DNA of 64,000 nucleotides from Heterodontus francisci (taxonomy: Eukaryota), in NCBI RefSeq assembly GCF_036365525.1, contig NC_090417.1, forward strand, positions 18,762,900 through 18,826,899, written 5' to 3'. A program made the position numbers and the translations under genes. Each line of letters starts with the position of its first letter. Position 1 is the first letter of the stretch. The notes beneath the pieces were generated by a model that made no database searches, was not told the origin of the DNA, and saw nothing but the letters and a program-made list of their open reading frames with translations. Below, piece by piece: positions 37,250 to 52,209 of the stretch.

Positions 37250-37720
37250 GTGCAGGCCAAAAAAGAGCTATCCAGCCTAATCCCACCTTCCAGCTCAAGC
37301 TCTTTAGATTACAGCATTTCAAGTGCATATCGATGTACTTGTTCAAAGTAATGAGAGTTTCTGCCTCTTCCACCCTTTCAGGCAGTGAGTTTGAGATCTC
37401 CATCACCCTGTGCATGAAAGAATTTCTCCTCCGCTCCCCTCTAATCCTTTGATCAGTTACTTGAAATCAGTGCCTCCCTGGCTCTTGACCTCTTTGCTGA
37501 GGGGAATAGGTCCTTCCTCTTCACTCTATATTGGCCCCTCATTAATTTATATACCTCAATTAAATATACCCTCGGCCTCCTATGTTCCAACGAAAGCAAA
37601 TCTAGCCGATTCAATCTTTGCTCATCGCTAAAATGTTCTGTTCTGGGTGTTATCCTGGTAAATCTCTTCTGTACCCTCTCTAGCCTGATCACATCCTTCT
37701 TGTAATGGGGTGTTACAGAA
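37250..37720 (-). mobile_element. Old CR1 3' fragment abutting the PIWIL2 exon 5 acceptor
   Basis: ORF 37453..37692 LERVQKRFTR. Confidence 0.8.
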
Positions 37721-37736
37721 TCTGTTCTCCACCCAG

Positions 37737-37940
37737 CAGTTTTCGAGGTAGAGGGACAGTTCCCGAGTCTTCACCCTCCAGCACTGAGGAACTTGCCAAC
37801 CAAGTGAAGGGATTGGAGTTAGGACGAGCATCACTGGGGAGAAGCAGAGTTTTTCACCCTTCGGCAGTACTTAAACCTGGAGACGGGAGGTTCGTTCTTG
37901 GCAAGGCCATCACTGGAGCTGTGGAAGAAGAAAATCGAGG
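37737..37940 (+). CDS. PIWIL2: PIWIL2 exon 5 (SFRGRGTVPESS...AVEEENRG)
   Basis: CAGCAG acceptor, GTGAGT donor, phase 2-2 joins exons 4 and 6; RG/GRA motifs. Confidence 0.82.
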
Positions 37941-37978
37941 GTGAGTCAGTGGAATGGAGCATTCTGTGCAGATGTAGA

Positions 37979-38199
37979 CTGCCTCGCCGCGCACGGTGGG
38001 TTTCTGGGCTCCCTCGCCGCGCACGGTGGGTGTCTGGGCTTCCTCGCCGCGCACGGTGGGTGTCTGGGCTTCCTCGCCGCGCACGGTGGGTGTCTGGGCT
38101 GCCTCGCCGCGCACGGTGGGTGTCTGGGCTGCCTCGCCGCGCACGGTGGGTGTCTGGGCTGCCTCGCCGCGCACGGTGGGTGTCTGGGCTGCCTCGCCG
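37979..38199. repeat. 30-bp CpG-rich minisatellite, ~7.3 copies, followed by a G-rich tract
   Basis: Unit gcctcgccgcgcacggtgggtgtctgggct. Confidence 0.97.
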
Positions 38200-38910
38200 G
38201 GGTGGGGGGGAGCGGGGTGGTGGATGGAACCAGGGCTGCTTCACTGCATGCTTCGGGGTGGGGGTGTGTGGGGGGCTGGGCTGCCTCGTCGCGTGGGTTG
38301 GGCAGCTGGGTGGCGGGGATCTGTACTGCCGCACAATCAGTGGGGTTGGTGGGGTGTGGCCAGGGGAGTGGGCGGTGGTTGTGTGGGTGGGGAGAATCTG
38401 GGCTGGCTCGCCGCTCACGGTTGTTCGCTTCACCAGGTTTCCTGACTGGTGATTGCAGCCTCTAGCTGTGCATTTTGAGAGCCAGCAGTGTTACCAGTAC
38501 ATTAAAACACAATGGAACAGCAGCTTAACATGAGCTCAGTCCCAGGCTCAATACTTGCCAGCCAGCCAGTGTCAGCTGGAATTCAGTGTTTGTACCGTGA
38601 GTTACGTGGAATTTACCACACAGAAACAAGTCTTTCATCCCGACTGTTCTCTGCTGGTGTTGATATTTCACATGAGCCTGCTCCCATCTTACTTCACCCA
38701 ATAAGCATATACTTAAATTGCTTTCTCCCTTTTCTATTTATGTGTGCTATTTGCCTCAACCACTCCCTGTGGGAGCAAGTTCCACATTCTCACCACTCTG
38801 TGGATAAAGAAGTTTCTCCTGAGTTCCCTATTGGATTTATTCGCGACTGTCTTCTATTTATGGCCCCTCGTTTGGACTTCCTCACAAGTGGAAACATCTT
38901 CTCCACCTCA

Positions 38911-40640
38911 CAACTGTCCTCCACAAATATCCCCATCCTCAATGATGGGGGAGCCCAGCACATCAGTGTGAAAGATAAGGCTGAATCATTTGCAACAATC
39001 TTCAGCCAGAAGTGCCCAGTTGATGATTCATCTCGGCCTCCTCCTGAAGTCGCCAACATCACAGATGCCAGACTTCAGCCAATTCGATTCATTCCGCGTG
39101 ATATCAAGAAACGACTGAAGGCACTGGATACGACAAAGGCTATGGGCCCTGACAATATTCCAGCAATAGTACTGAAGACCTGTGCTCCAAACTTGCCGCA
39201 CCCCTAGCCAAGCTGTTTCAGTACATCTATAACACTGGCATCTACCTGGCAATGTGGACAAAAAGCAGGACAAGTCCAACCCGGCCGATTACCGCTCCAT
39301 CAGCCTACTCTGAATTATCAGTAAAGCGATCGCAAGTGTTGTCAACAGTGCCATCAAGTGGCACTTGCTTAGCAATAACCTGCTCAGTGACGCTCAGTTT
39401 GGGTTCCACCAGCGCCACTGAGCTCCTGACCTCATTACAGCCTTGGTTCAAACATGGACAGAAGAGCTGAACTGGTGAGGTGAGAGTGACTGCCCTTGAC
39501 ATCAAGGCAGCATTTGAGCAAGTATGGCATCAAGGAGCCTGAGGAGAACTGGAGTCAATGGGAATCAGGGGGAAAACTCTGCGCTGGTTGGAGTCCTATC
39601 AAGTGCAAATGAAGATTGTTGTGGTTGGAGGTCAATCATCTGAGCTCCAGGACATCACTACAGGAGTTCCTCAGAGTAGTGTCCTTGGCCCAACCATCTT
39701 CAGCTGCTTCATCAATGACCTTCCTTCAATCATAAGGTCAGAAGTGGGGATGTTCGCTGATGGTTGCACAATGTTCAGCACCATTCGTGACTCCTCAGAT
39801 ACTGAAGCAGACCCTGTAGGAATGCAGCAAGACCTGGACAATATCCAGGCTTGGGCTGATAAGTGGCAAGTAACATTAGCGCCACACAAGTGCCAGGCAA
39901 TGACCATCTCCAACAAAAGAGAATCTAACCATCTCCCCTTGACGTTCAATGGCATTACCATCGCTGAATCCCCCACTATCAACATCCTGGGGGTTACCAG
40001 TGACCAGAAACTCAACTGGAGTAGCCATATAAATACAGTGGCTACAAGAGCAGGTCAAAGACTAGGAAACCCATGGCAAGTAACTCACCTCCTGTGTCCC
40101 CAAAGCCTGTCCACTGTCTACAAGGCACAAGTCAGGAGTGTGATGGAATACTCTCCACTTGCCTGGATGAGTGCAGCTCCAACAATGCTTAAGAAGCTCG
40201 ACACCGTCCAGGACAAAGCAGCCCGCTTGATTGGCACCCCATCCACAAACATTCACTCCCTCCACCACCGAAGCACAATGGAAGCAGTGTGTACCATCTA
40301 CAAGATTCACTGCAGCTAAGCAGCTTAGACAGCACCTTCCAAACCCGCAACCTCTACTGCCTAGAAGGACAAGGGCAGCAGATGCATGGGAACACCAACA
40401 CCGACAAGTTCCCCTCCAAGCCACACACCAGCCTGATTTGGAACGATATCGTCGTTGATGCACTGTCGCTGGGTCAGAATCCTGGAACTCGCTTCCTAAC
40501 AGCACTGTGGGTGTACCTACACCACACGGACTGCAGCGGTTCAAGAAGGCAGCTCACCACCACCTTCTCAAGGGCAATTAGGAATGGGCAATAAATGCTG
40601 GCCTGGCCAGCGACACCCACATCCCTGGAACGAAAAAAAA
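38911..40640 (+). mobile_element. Second CR1/L2-group LINE family, RT and 3' UTR
   Basis: KAMGPDNIP, GVPQSSVLGP, FADG, WADKWQV, YKAQVRSVMEY. Confidence 0.88.
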
Positions 40641-40755
40641 ACTCATTCTTTGGGGAATTATTCTGGTGACTTCCTTCACCGATGGCTGCTGGATACTTCA
40701 GGCTAATGGACCGTAGCTTAATTTGAAGATGTCTTTCACTGCTCAGTTGTGTTAA

Positions 40756-40980
<225 letters not shown>

Positions 40981-41682
40981 TAACCAGTGTTGGGGACAGA
41001 CCTCCTGCGTTTCATTTTCAGTGTGGGGCATTTTTGATAGAGTTTCGTGTTCAAGGTGCAGTCTTAATGATGGACTCCACTGTCTGGTGAGGCCTTTTGT
41101 TAGCGTAGAGACACACAATTTCAAGTCCCTAGTTAGAGGTAAAAACAGAAGAGTAGAAAGAGGGGAAAAAAGAAGAGCAAAGGAGAGGGACATAAATAAT
41201 AGGGGACAGGAAGGGAGAGGTACTGAAATTGTGAAGGGAGAAAGTAATTTTGAATTACAGCATTGGCAGAGAACATTTGGAATCATGGTTCCCTGTAATG
41301 TAAGTAAACCTTGTTCATCAATTGTGGCACACTTACTCGTTGCCTTTCCAAGATCTGACCCACTGTTCTGAAAGCTTGGACATCTCTGAGCTGCTGCTGC
41401 TCCAAAATATCCTGCAGCAGCTTGGCATTTAAACATGTGCACACTTGGCCCAAGTGTGGTACTGAGCTCCATGATCTGTCGTTAGATGAAAAACAGTAGA
41501 GGATATGGAAGAACCTGACACTAGTTTCATGGTACTTTGCACCTGGTATATGAATCACTTAATTCTCCTGGTGTTAGTCCATGATCCAAGAAGTGGCATC
41601 CGAATTTAAAGTTTATGTCCTTGGCTACATTTCCACTGCTCGGGGTATGTCCCATTCTAACCTGTGCTGCTGTTAGTGCTGA

Positions 41683-41934
<252 letters not shown>

Positions 41935-42789
41935 TGAACCATATTTGAATACTGAAGTTCAAGTGGCTGCATTTACAGTAGCATTGTGCTTATGTTACAG
42001 GACCAGTAATCCAGGGCGAGTGATATGGAGACAAAAGTTCAAATCTCCCCATGGCAGCTGGGAATTTGAATTCAGTGATTTAGTATCTGTCATGGTGATC
42101 TTGAAACTACCGGATGTAAATCTGTTGTCCTTACCCACACTGGCCTTTGTGAATTCAGACCCACAGCAATGCCCTGGACTGTCATTTGACCTCTGAATTG
42201 GTCTAGCAAGCCGCTGAGTTATACTCCCCAGCTACACTTATAGTGGTTGAAGAAAGTGGCTCAATTCTACCTTCTCAAACTAATTTGTGATGGGCAGTAA
42301 ATGCTGGCCTTGCCAGTGATGCTCACACCCCACGAAAGAACTAAAAAGAAAATGTGGCAACTGAGTTACAAGATCATAGATTCAAGCCCCATTTAAGAGA
42401 CTGGAGCCATAATCTCGGCTAGTGCTCCCAGTGGGGTACTGAGGGAGCACTACACTGTTGCAGGTGCCATCTTTTGAATGAAACGTTGAAGTAAGGTCCC
42501 ATACACCCTCTCAAGTGGCGGTAAGTGGTCCCATGGCACTGTTTGGAGTGGTGTTGACCCTGGTGTCCTGGCCAATATTAATCCCTCAACCAATGCCATC
42601 AAAAACAGATGAAGTGGCTTTTCGCTTCGTTGTTTGTAAGAGCTTGCTGTGTTCAAATTAGCTCCCACCTTTGCTTAACAGCAGTAACTACACTTCAGAA
42701 GTATTGTATTGGTTGTTGAACACTTTTTGGGACATCCTTTCTCATACAGATGCTCAACATTTCCAGGTTTGCAGAGCTTCTATGTAAGG

Positions 42790-44130
42790 AGAAAGGAGGT
42801 ATTGCTGGATCTGGTTCTGGGGAATGAGGTGGGTTAAGTAGCTCAGTAGGGGAACATTTAAGGGACAGTGATCGTCGTATCGTAAGGTTTACGTTTGCTG
42901 TGGAAGAGGAGAATGAGCAATTCAGAGTCAAGATAATTAGTTGGGGGAGGGCCAGCTATCGTGGGGTGAGAACAAATCGAGTCCAGCTAAATTAGAATCC
43001 AAGGTTGGCAGGCAAGTGTGTCATGGAGCAATGGGCTTCCTTTAAAGAGCAGGTAGTTTGGGTATGGTAATTCCCACGAGTGGGAAAGGTAGGGCAAACA
43101 AATCCAGAGCTCCCTGGATGACACAAGAGATAAAGAGGAAGATGAAGTTTTTTTAAAACCAGGTGCGTGTGACAGATGTCAGATGGATAATGCAATTGAG
43201 AAGGTTCTGAGGGGAAGTGAAAAAACGAGAGGCAAAGAGAGAGTATGAGCAGAGACTAGCAGCTAACAAAAAAAGGGAATCCGAACGTTTTGGGCCTATG
43301 GAGAGTAAAAATGTGGTAAAAGGCATAGTGTGGCCACTGGGGACCTAAAGATGGATTTATGCCTGCAGGCAGGGGTACTGAGGTATTAAATGAGAATATT
43401 GCAACTGTCTTTACTTCGGGAGAAGATGATGCCCAAGTCATAGTGTAAGAGGAGGTAGTTGGGACACTGAATGGGCTAAAAATTGATGAAAGAGGATGTG
43501 TTAAATAGACTGGCTGTGTTTAAAGTTGATCTGTCACCAAAGATACAGAGAGAAGTAAGGGTGGAAATTGCAGAAGCACTAGTTTATATTCTTTCAGTCC
43601 TCCATAGATATAGGAGTGCTGCCAGAGGACTGGAGAATTGCAAATGTTACACCCTTGTTGAAAAAAGGGTGCAAGGGCAACCCCACCAGCTAAAGGCCAA
43701 ACAGTTTAACCTCGGTGGGAGGAAAGCTTTTCGAAAAGATAATCTGGGACAACATTAACAGTCACTTGTACAAATGTGCATTGATTAAGGAAAGCCAGCA
43801 TGGATTTGTTGAGTGCAAATTGTGTTTAACTCACTTGCTTGATCTCTTTGAGGAGGTAGCAGAGAGGGTTGATGAGGGAAATGCAATTGTTGTGTATATG
43901 GACTTCCAAAAGGCATTTGATGAAGTGCCACATAATAGGCTTGTCAGCACAGTTCGAGCCCATGGAATAAAAGGGACAGTCGCAGCATGGATACGACATT
44001 AGCTGAATGATAGTAAACAGTAGTGGTGAATGGTTGTTTGTTGGACTCGAGGAAGGTATCTACTGGTTCCCCAGGGGTCAGGGATCTTGCAGAGAGCTGG
44101 CACGGACACAACGGGACGAATGGCCCTCTG
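42790..44130 (+). mobile_element. Degraded CR1 LINE
   Basis: ORF 43715..44002 SQHGF, YMDFQKAFD. Confidence 0.85.
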
Positions 44131-44629
44131 TATTATAACTGTTTAATGTTTCTATGAGTAAGTTTATGACTGAAAAGTCCATCTCGAGCACTCTGAAGAG
44201 AACCTCTTCGATTCTGATGTGTAACAGTGATATCAATGTGGTTTGTGGGAAATTTCCTCTTCAGTATTTTGACCAAAATCTTAAAACGTGTCCTGAAACT
44301 TTCATGCTGGTTGGGATTTGGTCCATGTTTTGAACTTGGAATGAAAGGCAGCACTTATAAAACGCTGTTTTTCTCTCAACCCTACCCAATCTGTTGCTAC
44401 ACATCAATTTTCAAAACAGTGTTATCATTAAGAAAAATAATTTTCATTGCTGCTTTGCATTCTGGAGATACATGTCCATGGAGTCAGCGAATGATTACGT
44501 CGTATTGATCCCAGGGATCAGAAAGTCTTTCGGTTTTGAAATAACGGGAGAGAAAATTGTTCATGTATCTAAATTTCAGTGTTAAGTCAAGAGCCTTCAG
44601 TATTATTGGCAAATAATATCTCAAGTTGT

Positions 44630-45000
44630 TTCACTGGCGTGTAATGAGACAAATTTGACCCCGAACCGCATGAGATATTTAAGTTGACCAAAAGCTCGGT
44701 GAAAGAGGTGGGTTTTAAGAAAGGCCTGATAGGAGGAGAGAGAGGCAGAGAAGATTGAGGGTTGGAATTGCAGAGCTCGCGGCCGAGACACCTGAAGGCA
44801 CAGTTACCAGTCGTGGAGTGAAGCAAGTAGGTGATGTCCAAGAGGCCAGAAAGATGCCTGAGGCATGTCAGGGTAGAGGAGGTTCATGAGGTAGGGAGGA
44901 GTGAAACCCTGGAGGGATTTGAGCTCAAAAGATGAGATTTTTAAACTCCATATGTTGGAATGGGTGCCATTGTAGGTCAGTGAGCACAGGGATGATGGAT
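44630..45000 (-). mobile_element. L2 3' fragment
   Basis: Similar to 3215-3780 (gaccaaaagct.ggt.aaagaggt). Confidence 0.65.
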
Positions 45001-45296
45001 CACCATTTGGAGCAGGGGATCAGTTAGTTGTAAAATAGAAAATGTTCTCCATTGGGTAATTCTTTCAAGTTAGGACTTAGTGATAAATAATCTGAAAACA
45101 GGAGCTGCTGCTTCCTAAAAATGCTCTTTCTGCAGCAATTGTAAGGAGTCTGATTTGTTGTAAACCAGCTCAGTTTTGGGCTTCAGTGTTTGGTATTGAT
45201 TCCAGAGTCAGATGCTTAAGAAGCCATTCTGAAGCTGGGTGATTACAATTTGTGCATCGCTTGAATTCGAGCTCTTAATCTATTGTTTCATGTTAG

Positions 45297-45422
<126 letters not shown>

Positions 45423-46799
45423 TAATACGGTTGCAATGTCTTTTCATGTAAATAGCTTCTCACAGACTAGCTTGCTCTCCCTTGCATTGTTTCTCTTACT
45501 TTCTCTCTCTCTTCTCTCACTTCTACTCTGTCTTTCTTTATTTTCCTCTTAAAGATCTTTTTAACCAGTTTTTCACAGAGAACTTGGCAGAGGTGCATTT
45601 AAACATTAGGTTTTTAAAGCAAAGTGTATTTACATAATTGTTTCGAGTGCTAAAGGTGAGAGGTGATTGGATTGTTACTTGCTAGGTTTTGAGGCTGGTT
45701 CCCCAAAAATTGAAAGCTAGCAATTTGTTAACCTGTCTGAATAATTGAGGAATTCATCCCTTTCTTTGTGTTGTAATGCCCTTGGTTCCAAGTGTTCAAG
45801 AGGCTGTATGTCGGAGGCATGGAGTCTCATGTTGAGAGTTAAAATAGGGACAGAAATACATGCTAACGGGTTTTTAAACAGAAAGCTACTTGAGCATGGT
45901 TTCGCTGAGACTCCGGATTAGGAAGCTGGAGGAGAGTTACCAGTCCATTTAGTTTCATGATGTTTCACTGCTGGGTGAAGCGTAGTTGTATTGTTTGAAG
46001 ACAAGTTGTATTGATTGAATTACACAAATCTGAATGTTGTTGCTCTGTCTGTTTGTTTATCCAAGGAAGAAAAGGAAGTCATATTTCATCCTGGCTTCAT
46101 GTTGTTCAAGTGTTTAAGCAGTGTGCCCACTGAAATAGTGGAGAAATATGCGAGAGGGTGCATGCAAAAGCCACAATAACCCCTTCTTGTCGCGTGAGAT
46201 ATAGCTCCTTGGCAGCGTGAGTCCACTCCATAACGAAAAGGACGAAACTGAAGTCGAGCAGGCTGAAATGAACCCTGCAGCCCTCAGTTGGGGCTTGCAC
46301 CCCTCAACTCCGAGAACCCTCAGTTTGGCTTTGTAATCCTTGACTTGCATTAACCCTCTCCAGCTCTTGTTCAAGGCTAGCACCCCTAGATTTGAATTAC
46401 GTCCCTCCCCAACCTTCATATCCCTTGATTTGTGTTAACTTCCCCAGTCTTGCATCGGGATGTGCACCCCTTGATTCATGTTCAAAAACTAACTAACCAG
46501 ACCTAGAACCGGTTCTGTGAGCAGAGCAGGAGGTTTGAAGGACTGTTGCTGCACCTAGCACTGAAGAGGATTACCAGAGAGTGATTTATCATGGCAGCAG
46601 AAGCTGTGCAAGTACAGGGAGGGGACCGAGGGAAGGCAGAGACTAAATATAGGCATTAGTGCATTACCGGGCTGTGTTGCTATGGGTTTTCAGTAAGTGT
46701 GTTTTGGTGGTGACTGGTATTCTGGGCAATGTGACTGATCCCATAATTTGATTTCAAGTTTCCTTGAGCTTTATTTCATTGTGTATTGTAGGGGAATAG

Positions 46800-46979
<180 letters not shown>

Positions 46980-48070
46980 TAATGACTGCATTGTGACGGT
47001 TTCCTGCAGATTTTTGAGAAAAGATGACTGACAAACGTACATCAACTTCAATGACCAGTAGGTCCCTGTATCAAAGGGGATACATCCCAGAGTCTGCAGG
47101 AATTAAATGAGGAAATTAGTGATGTGTTGGGTGATTTTTTTTTTCAAGAGCTCCATCAGGTGCTGGAGCAGTATCAGAAGGCGGGAGGACGTTAAATGTA
47201 ATTCCAGTTCTAGGAAAAGGAATAAAGTAGCAACATGATTATTGTCAAGTGGCTAGCATAGTCTGGAGAAGGCAGCCAATTGTCCCCAATAGCTTAATTT
47301 TCAATAGAAGTCCTTGAAATGGTCAGGACACGGTGAACGAGCTGCCTCCTGAGTGAATCGTGAGCAATTTTTCCATTCCCCTCCCTGCAGACTATCCTGT
47401 GAATATGGAAGAAGCACTCGCTGACATTAGTCCTCAACTTGCTGTCGAACAGGATTAACCTTTTCGTGAAACATTCTTCATCTCTGACAAGTCCCCTTTT
47501 ATTCACTACTTTTCACATCTGAAGAGTTTTTCCAACCTTTCCTCATTTCTCAGACCCATAACTGCAAGGAATGTAAGACGTGATAGGGCACAGACAGCTT
47601 CACGGAGTGGGTAAGGAGGTGACAGATGCAGTTCAAGACAGAGAGCTGTGAACTATTACCTTTTGGTAGGAAATGCATGGTGGAAGTCAAGTATGCCGTA
47701 AGTAATAAAACTGAATGGAAGGGGCAGCATTGATAGTGGAGTATAAACTTGTAGAGCTTGGAAGGTGCCAGGAAGAGTAGAGAAGAACTTGAAAAAGGGA
47801 GATTGGATTCTGGGTTTTATACATGGAGTATTGAATATCAAACATGGAAGTCATGTTAAATTTATTCAAGACGTAACTTAGGCTGCAGTAAGAGTATTAT
47901 TTGCAGTTCTGGGTGTGATATGAAAGGTGCGGATAGGGTTGCAGTCAAGGTTGAGGCAACAGTGCCTGCCAAATAAGAGACAGCAGGTAACTTGCGATGG
48001 ATAACAATTGTGGACTTGGCCAGGTTGTTTTGTGCAAGGATAATTTGCAATTGTTTATTCATGTGTCTGA

Positions 48071-48205
<135 letters not shown>

Positions 48206-48244
48206 TGAGTATTGGTTCACGTTCCTGTATATTTAACTCCGAAA

Positions 48245-48590
48245 AACATAGAAAATAGGAGCAGGAGTAGGTCATTCAGCCCTTCGAGCCTGCTTCGCCA
48301 TTCATGATGATCATGGCTGATCGTCCAACTCAGTAGCCTGTTCCCGTTTTCGCCCCATACCCTTTGATCCCTTTCGCCCCAAGAGCTATATCTAACTCCT
48401 TCTTGGCAACATACAATGTTTTGGCCTCAACTGCTTTCTGTGGTAGCGAATTCCACAGGCTCACCACTCTCTGGGTGAATCAATTTCTCCTCATCTCAGT
48501 CCTGAAAGGTTTACTCCATATTCTTAGACTATGACCCCTGGTTCTGGACTCCCCCCACCATCAGGAACATCCTGCATGTATCCTGTCAGG
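48245..48590 (-). mobile_element. CR1 3' end
   Basis: Near identity with 24915-25105. Confidence 0.85.
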
Positions 48591-49634
48591 TCCTGTTATT
48601 GCTAGAGCTGTTGTTGCTGTTATAGCTATTGCTCCAAGGTGTGGTCTTTGTAAATTGGTTAATGATCTCCTGATATAGCAGTTCTTTGTGTTTTCTTTGG
48701 TCTCCAGCCAAGCTTTGCTTAAAGTCCAGGTGAGTCCTTCTGCTTTAGGTACATGTTGCTTTGAGAGTCTGTACTCACTCAGCCTGGGGAAGCACACAAT
48801 GCCAGGGGAAGGGAGATGACTCTGCCAACAAAATTGGGTTTTTGAATGACTGCTGCACCAATCTTAAGATTGGTAGGTTTATGGTCTTTTGGATTTCTTC
48901 TGTATTTCACTTCCACTGGTTTTAGCCTGGAATCTAATGTTCCTTAGAGGGTCATGTTATGAGGTCAGGTTACATAAACTTTGACTTGTATTCTCCTGTG
49001 TGCTGATCAAGGTGTTTAAAATGTTAAAAAGTAGTTGCGAGGGTAGAGAGAGACAGAAACTATTGCCTCTGGTGAAGAACCAAGAACAAGGAGACAGAAG
49101 ATAATTAGAGTTAGGCCATTGAGGGATAAAATAGGGAACACTATTCACAGAAAAGCTAGTGGAAATCCAGAATGCTCAGCCCCCCCCCCCCCCCCCCCCC
49201 CAAAGTCTTTTGGAGGGCGGGAAATTAGTTCTTTCAAGCCTGAGATTGATAAATGATTGTTAGGTCAGGGTATTGAGTGATCAGGAGCAACAGCAACAAA
49301 ATGGCAGATCAGCCATGATCTAATTGAATGGTGGAGTAGTCTTGAGGGGCTGAATGGCCTCCTGTTGTGCTGTTTTCTAGTGGTAGCTTTTTGTTTGCTT
49401 CTTAAAGGTTTTCCCTGGAATAGTGCTGGGTTGGTGACATAGCAACAGTTTCAAGTTGGAGAAGATCTTCGGTCCATTTAACTCACCTATTCAGAGTATC
49501 CTCTTGATGCATTTCTCATAACCCGGAAGGGCAAGTGTTTACAAGAATCTTAGTGAGCCTCATTCTTGCAACTCAATCAGGTTTCTCTCTCCCCACCACC
49601 CAGCCTCCCACCACCTTCCTAGTAATCTGTTTAA

Positions 49635-50392
<758 letters not shown>

Positions 50393-50897
50393 CACGAATG
50401 AGTGCCGCTGACTGTGTGTAGCTGGAATGTGAGCCATCCCACCCCTGTTTAACAGTGAACAGGCGAACGACCCTGCTTGTTGATCCTGCCCGTGCGTGGC
50501 TGAGGGCGCGCCAGTGTTTAACAGAGTGGTCGCTGGGGTAATAACAATAGAAACTTCGGAAATGCACAGCAGGTTGAAAAGTGGTCTTTGAGATTTCTGG
50601 CAACATGTTTCAGGATGTTCTGATGCTATTCCCTCGGCAGATGTTGTAGAAAAATAACTTTATGATTTTCGTGTGTCATCAGGAGGAAGTAGTAGTCAGT
50701 GATTCTGTTCTATTGTATGATTCACCAACATGAAAGGTTACAGTTGATCTGCTGTGACACAGGCTGAAGCAGCCTTTATTGGAAAGATGAAGGATGGATT
50801 CTATGAAGCTAACTTGTGAAGTAATGATCTGCTGTTTCACCTATCGCATCAGTGGGATTATGGTCCTGACATTGACATGTTGAACTTAATATTGCAG

Positions 50898-50982
50898 CAA
50901 AACCTATGGGATTACCATTCAGGACTTGCACCAGCCTCTCCTCGTACATCGGCCAAAGCAGAAGTATGGCCCGCAGGGACAG
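50898..50982 (+). CDS. PIWIL2: PIWIL2 exon 12 (KTYGITIQDLHQPLLVHRPKQKYGPQGQ), PAZ
   Basis: Manual translation; AG/GT boundaries. Confidence 0.94.
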
Positions 50983-51608
50983 GTACAACATCGAGTCAAA
51001 GAATATTTGGTCGAGCTATCCAATTAATCCCACTGCCCTGCTCTTTGTTTGTAGCCCTGAAAATGTTCTCAGCTTCAGGTCTTGGGAAAGTTATTTCTAA
51101 ATCTGCTTCCACCACCCTTTCGAGAGGTGCATTCCAGATCATCACCACCTACTGTGTATAAAAAGCTTTCATCTCACTTCTGGCTCTTTGGCAAGTCAAC
51201 TTAAATCTGCGTCCTCTTGTTCCTAACCCTCCTGCCACTGGAAGCAGTTTCTCCTTATTTGCTCTATCAAAACCCTTGATGATTTGAAATACCTCTATGA
51301 AATCTGCCCTTCACCATCTCTGCTCTCGAACAACCACCCAACTTCTCTCGTCTCTCCATATAATTAAGTCCGTCATCACTGGAACTGTTCTAGTAAACCT
51401 CCTGTGCACTGTTTCCAAGGCCTTGACATCCTTTCTGAAGTGTATTCTATGGTGTGTGTTGGGATTGTGCCTTGTGTATTGCTATCGTATTTGCCTGTTG
51501 TCCGGTGCTGGTTCGCAATTGTAGGTCTGATTGGAATTGCTCACAAAAGTGTAGGACTTTACAGAAGCTGACTTCAAAAATTCAGTCTTTATCCATTTTT
51601 CTCTTTAG

Positions 51609-51809
<201 letters not shown>

Positions 51810-52209
51810 TAGTTTGCAGTAACGGTGATGTGGAAACTTTTTCTTGTCACAGAATGATACATTACGGAAGGAGACGGTTCAGAACATCGTGCCTGTGCTG
51901 GCTGTAAGAAAGAGCTGTCCAATTAGTCTCTCTGCCCTGGTTTTATCCCATTGCTCTGCAAATATTTCTCTTTCAAGTACATGTTCAGTTGCCTTTTGAA
52001 AGTTACAAGTTACCATCCTTTTGAGGCAGTGTATTCCAGATCATCACGCACTGTGTGGAAAAAAAATCCCCCCATAGGTTCTTCAACCAATTATCTTGAA
52101 TGTGTGTGCTCTGGTCCTGATCCTCCTGCAAGTGGAAAAACTTGCTCCCTACCTACTCTATCAAAACCCCTCGTAATTTTGAGTATCTTTCTTCAACCTC
52201 TCTGAAAAT

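Noticed and set aside
35506-38465. Multiple overlapping periodic ORFs
   Set aside because: Generated by 27-bp and 30-bp minisatellites
49178-49201. Poly-C run (also poly-G ~4174-4200)
   Set aside because: Simple homopolymers with no supporting context
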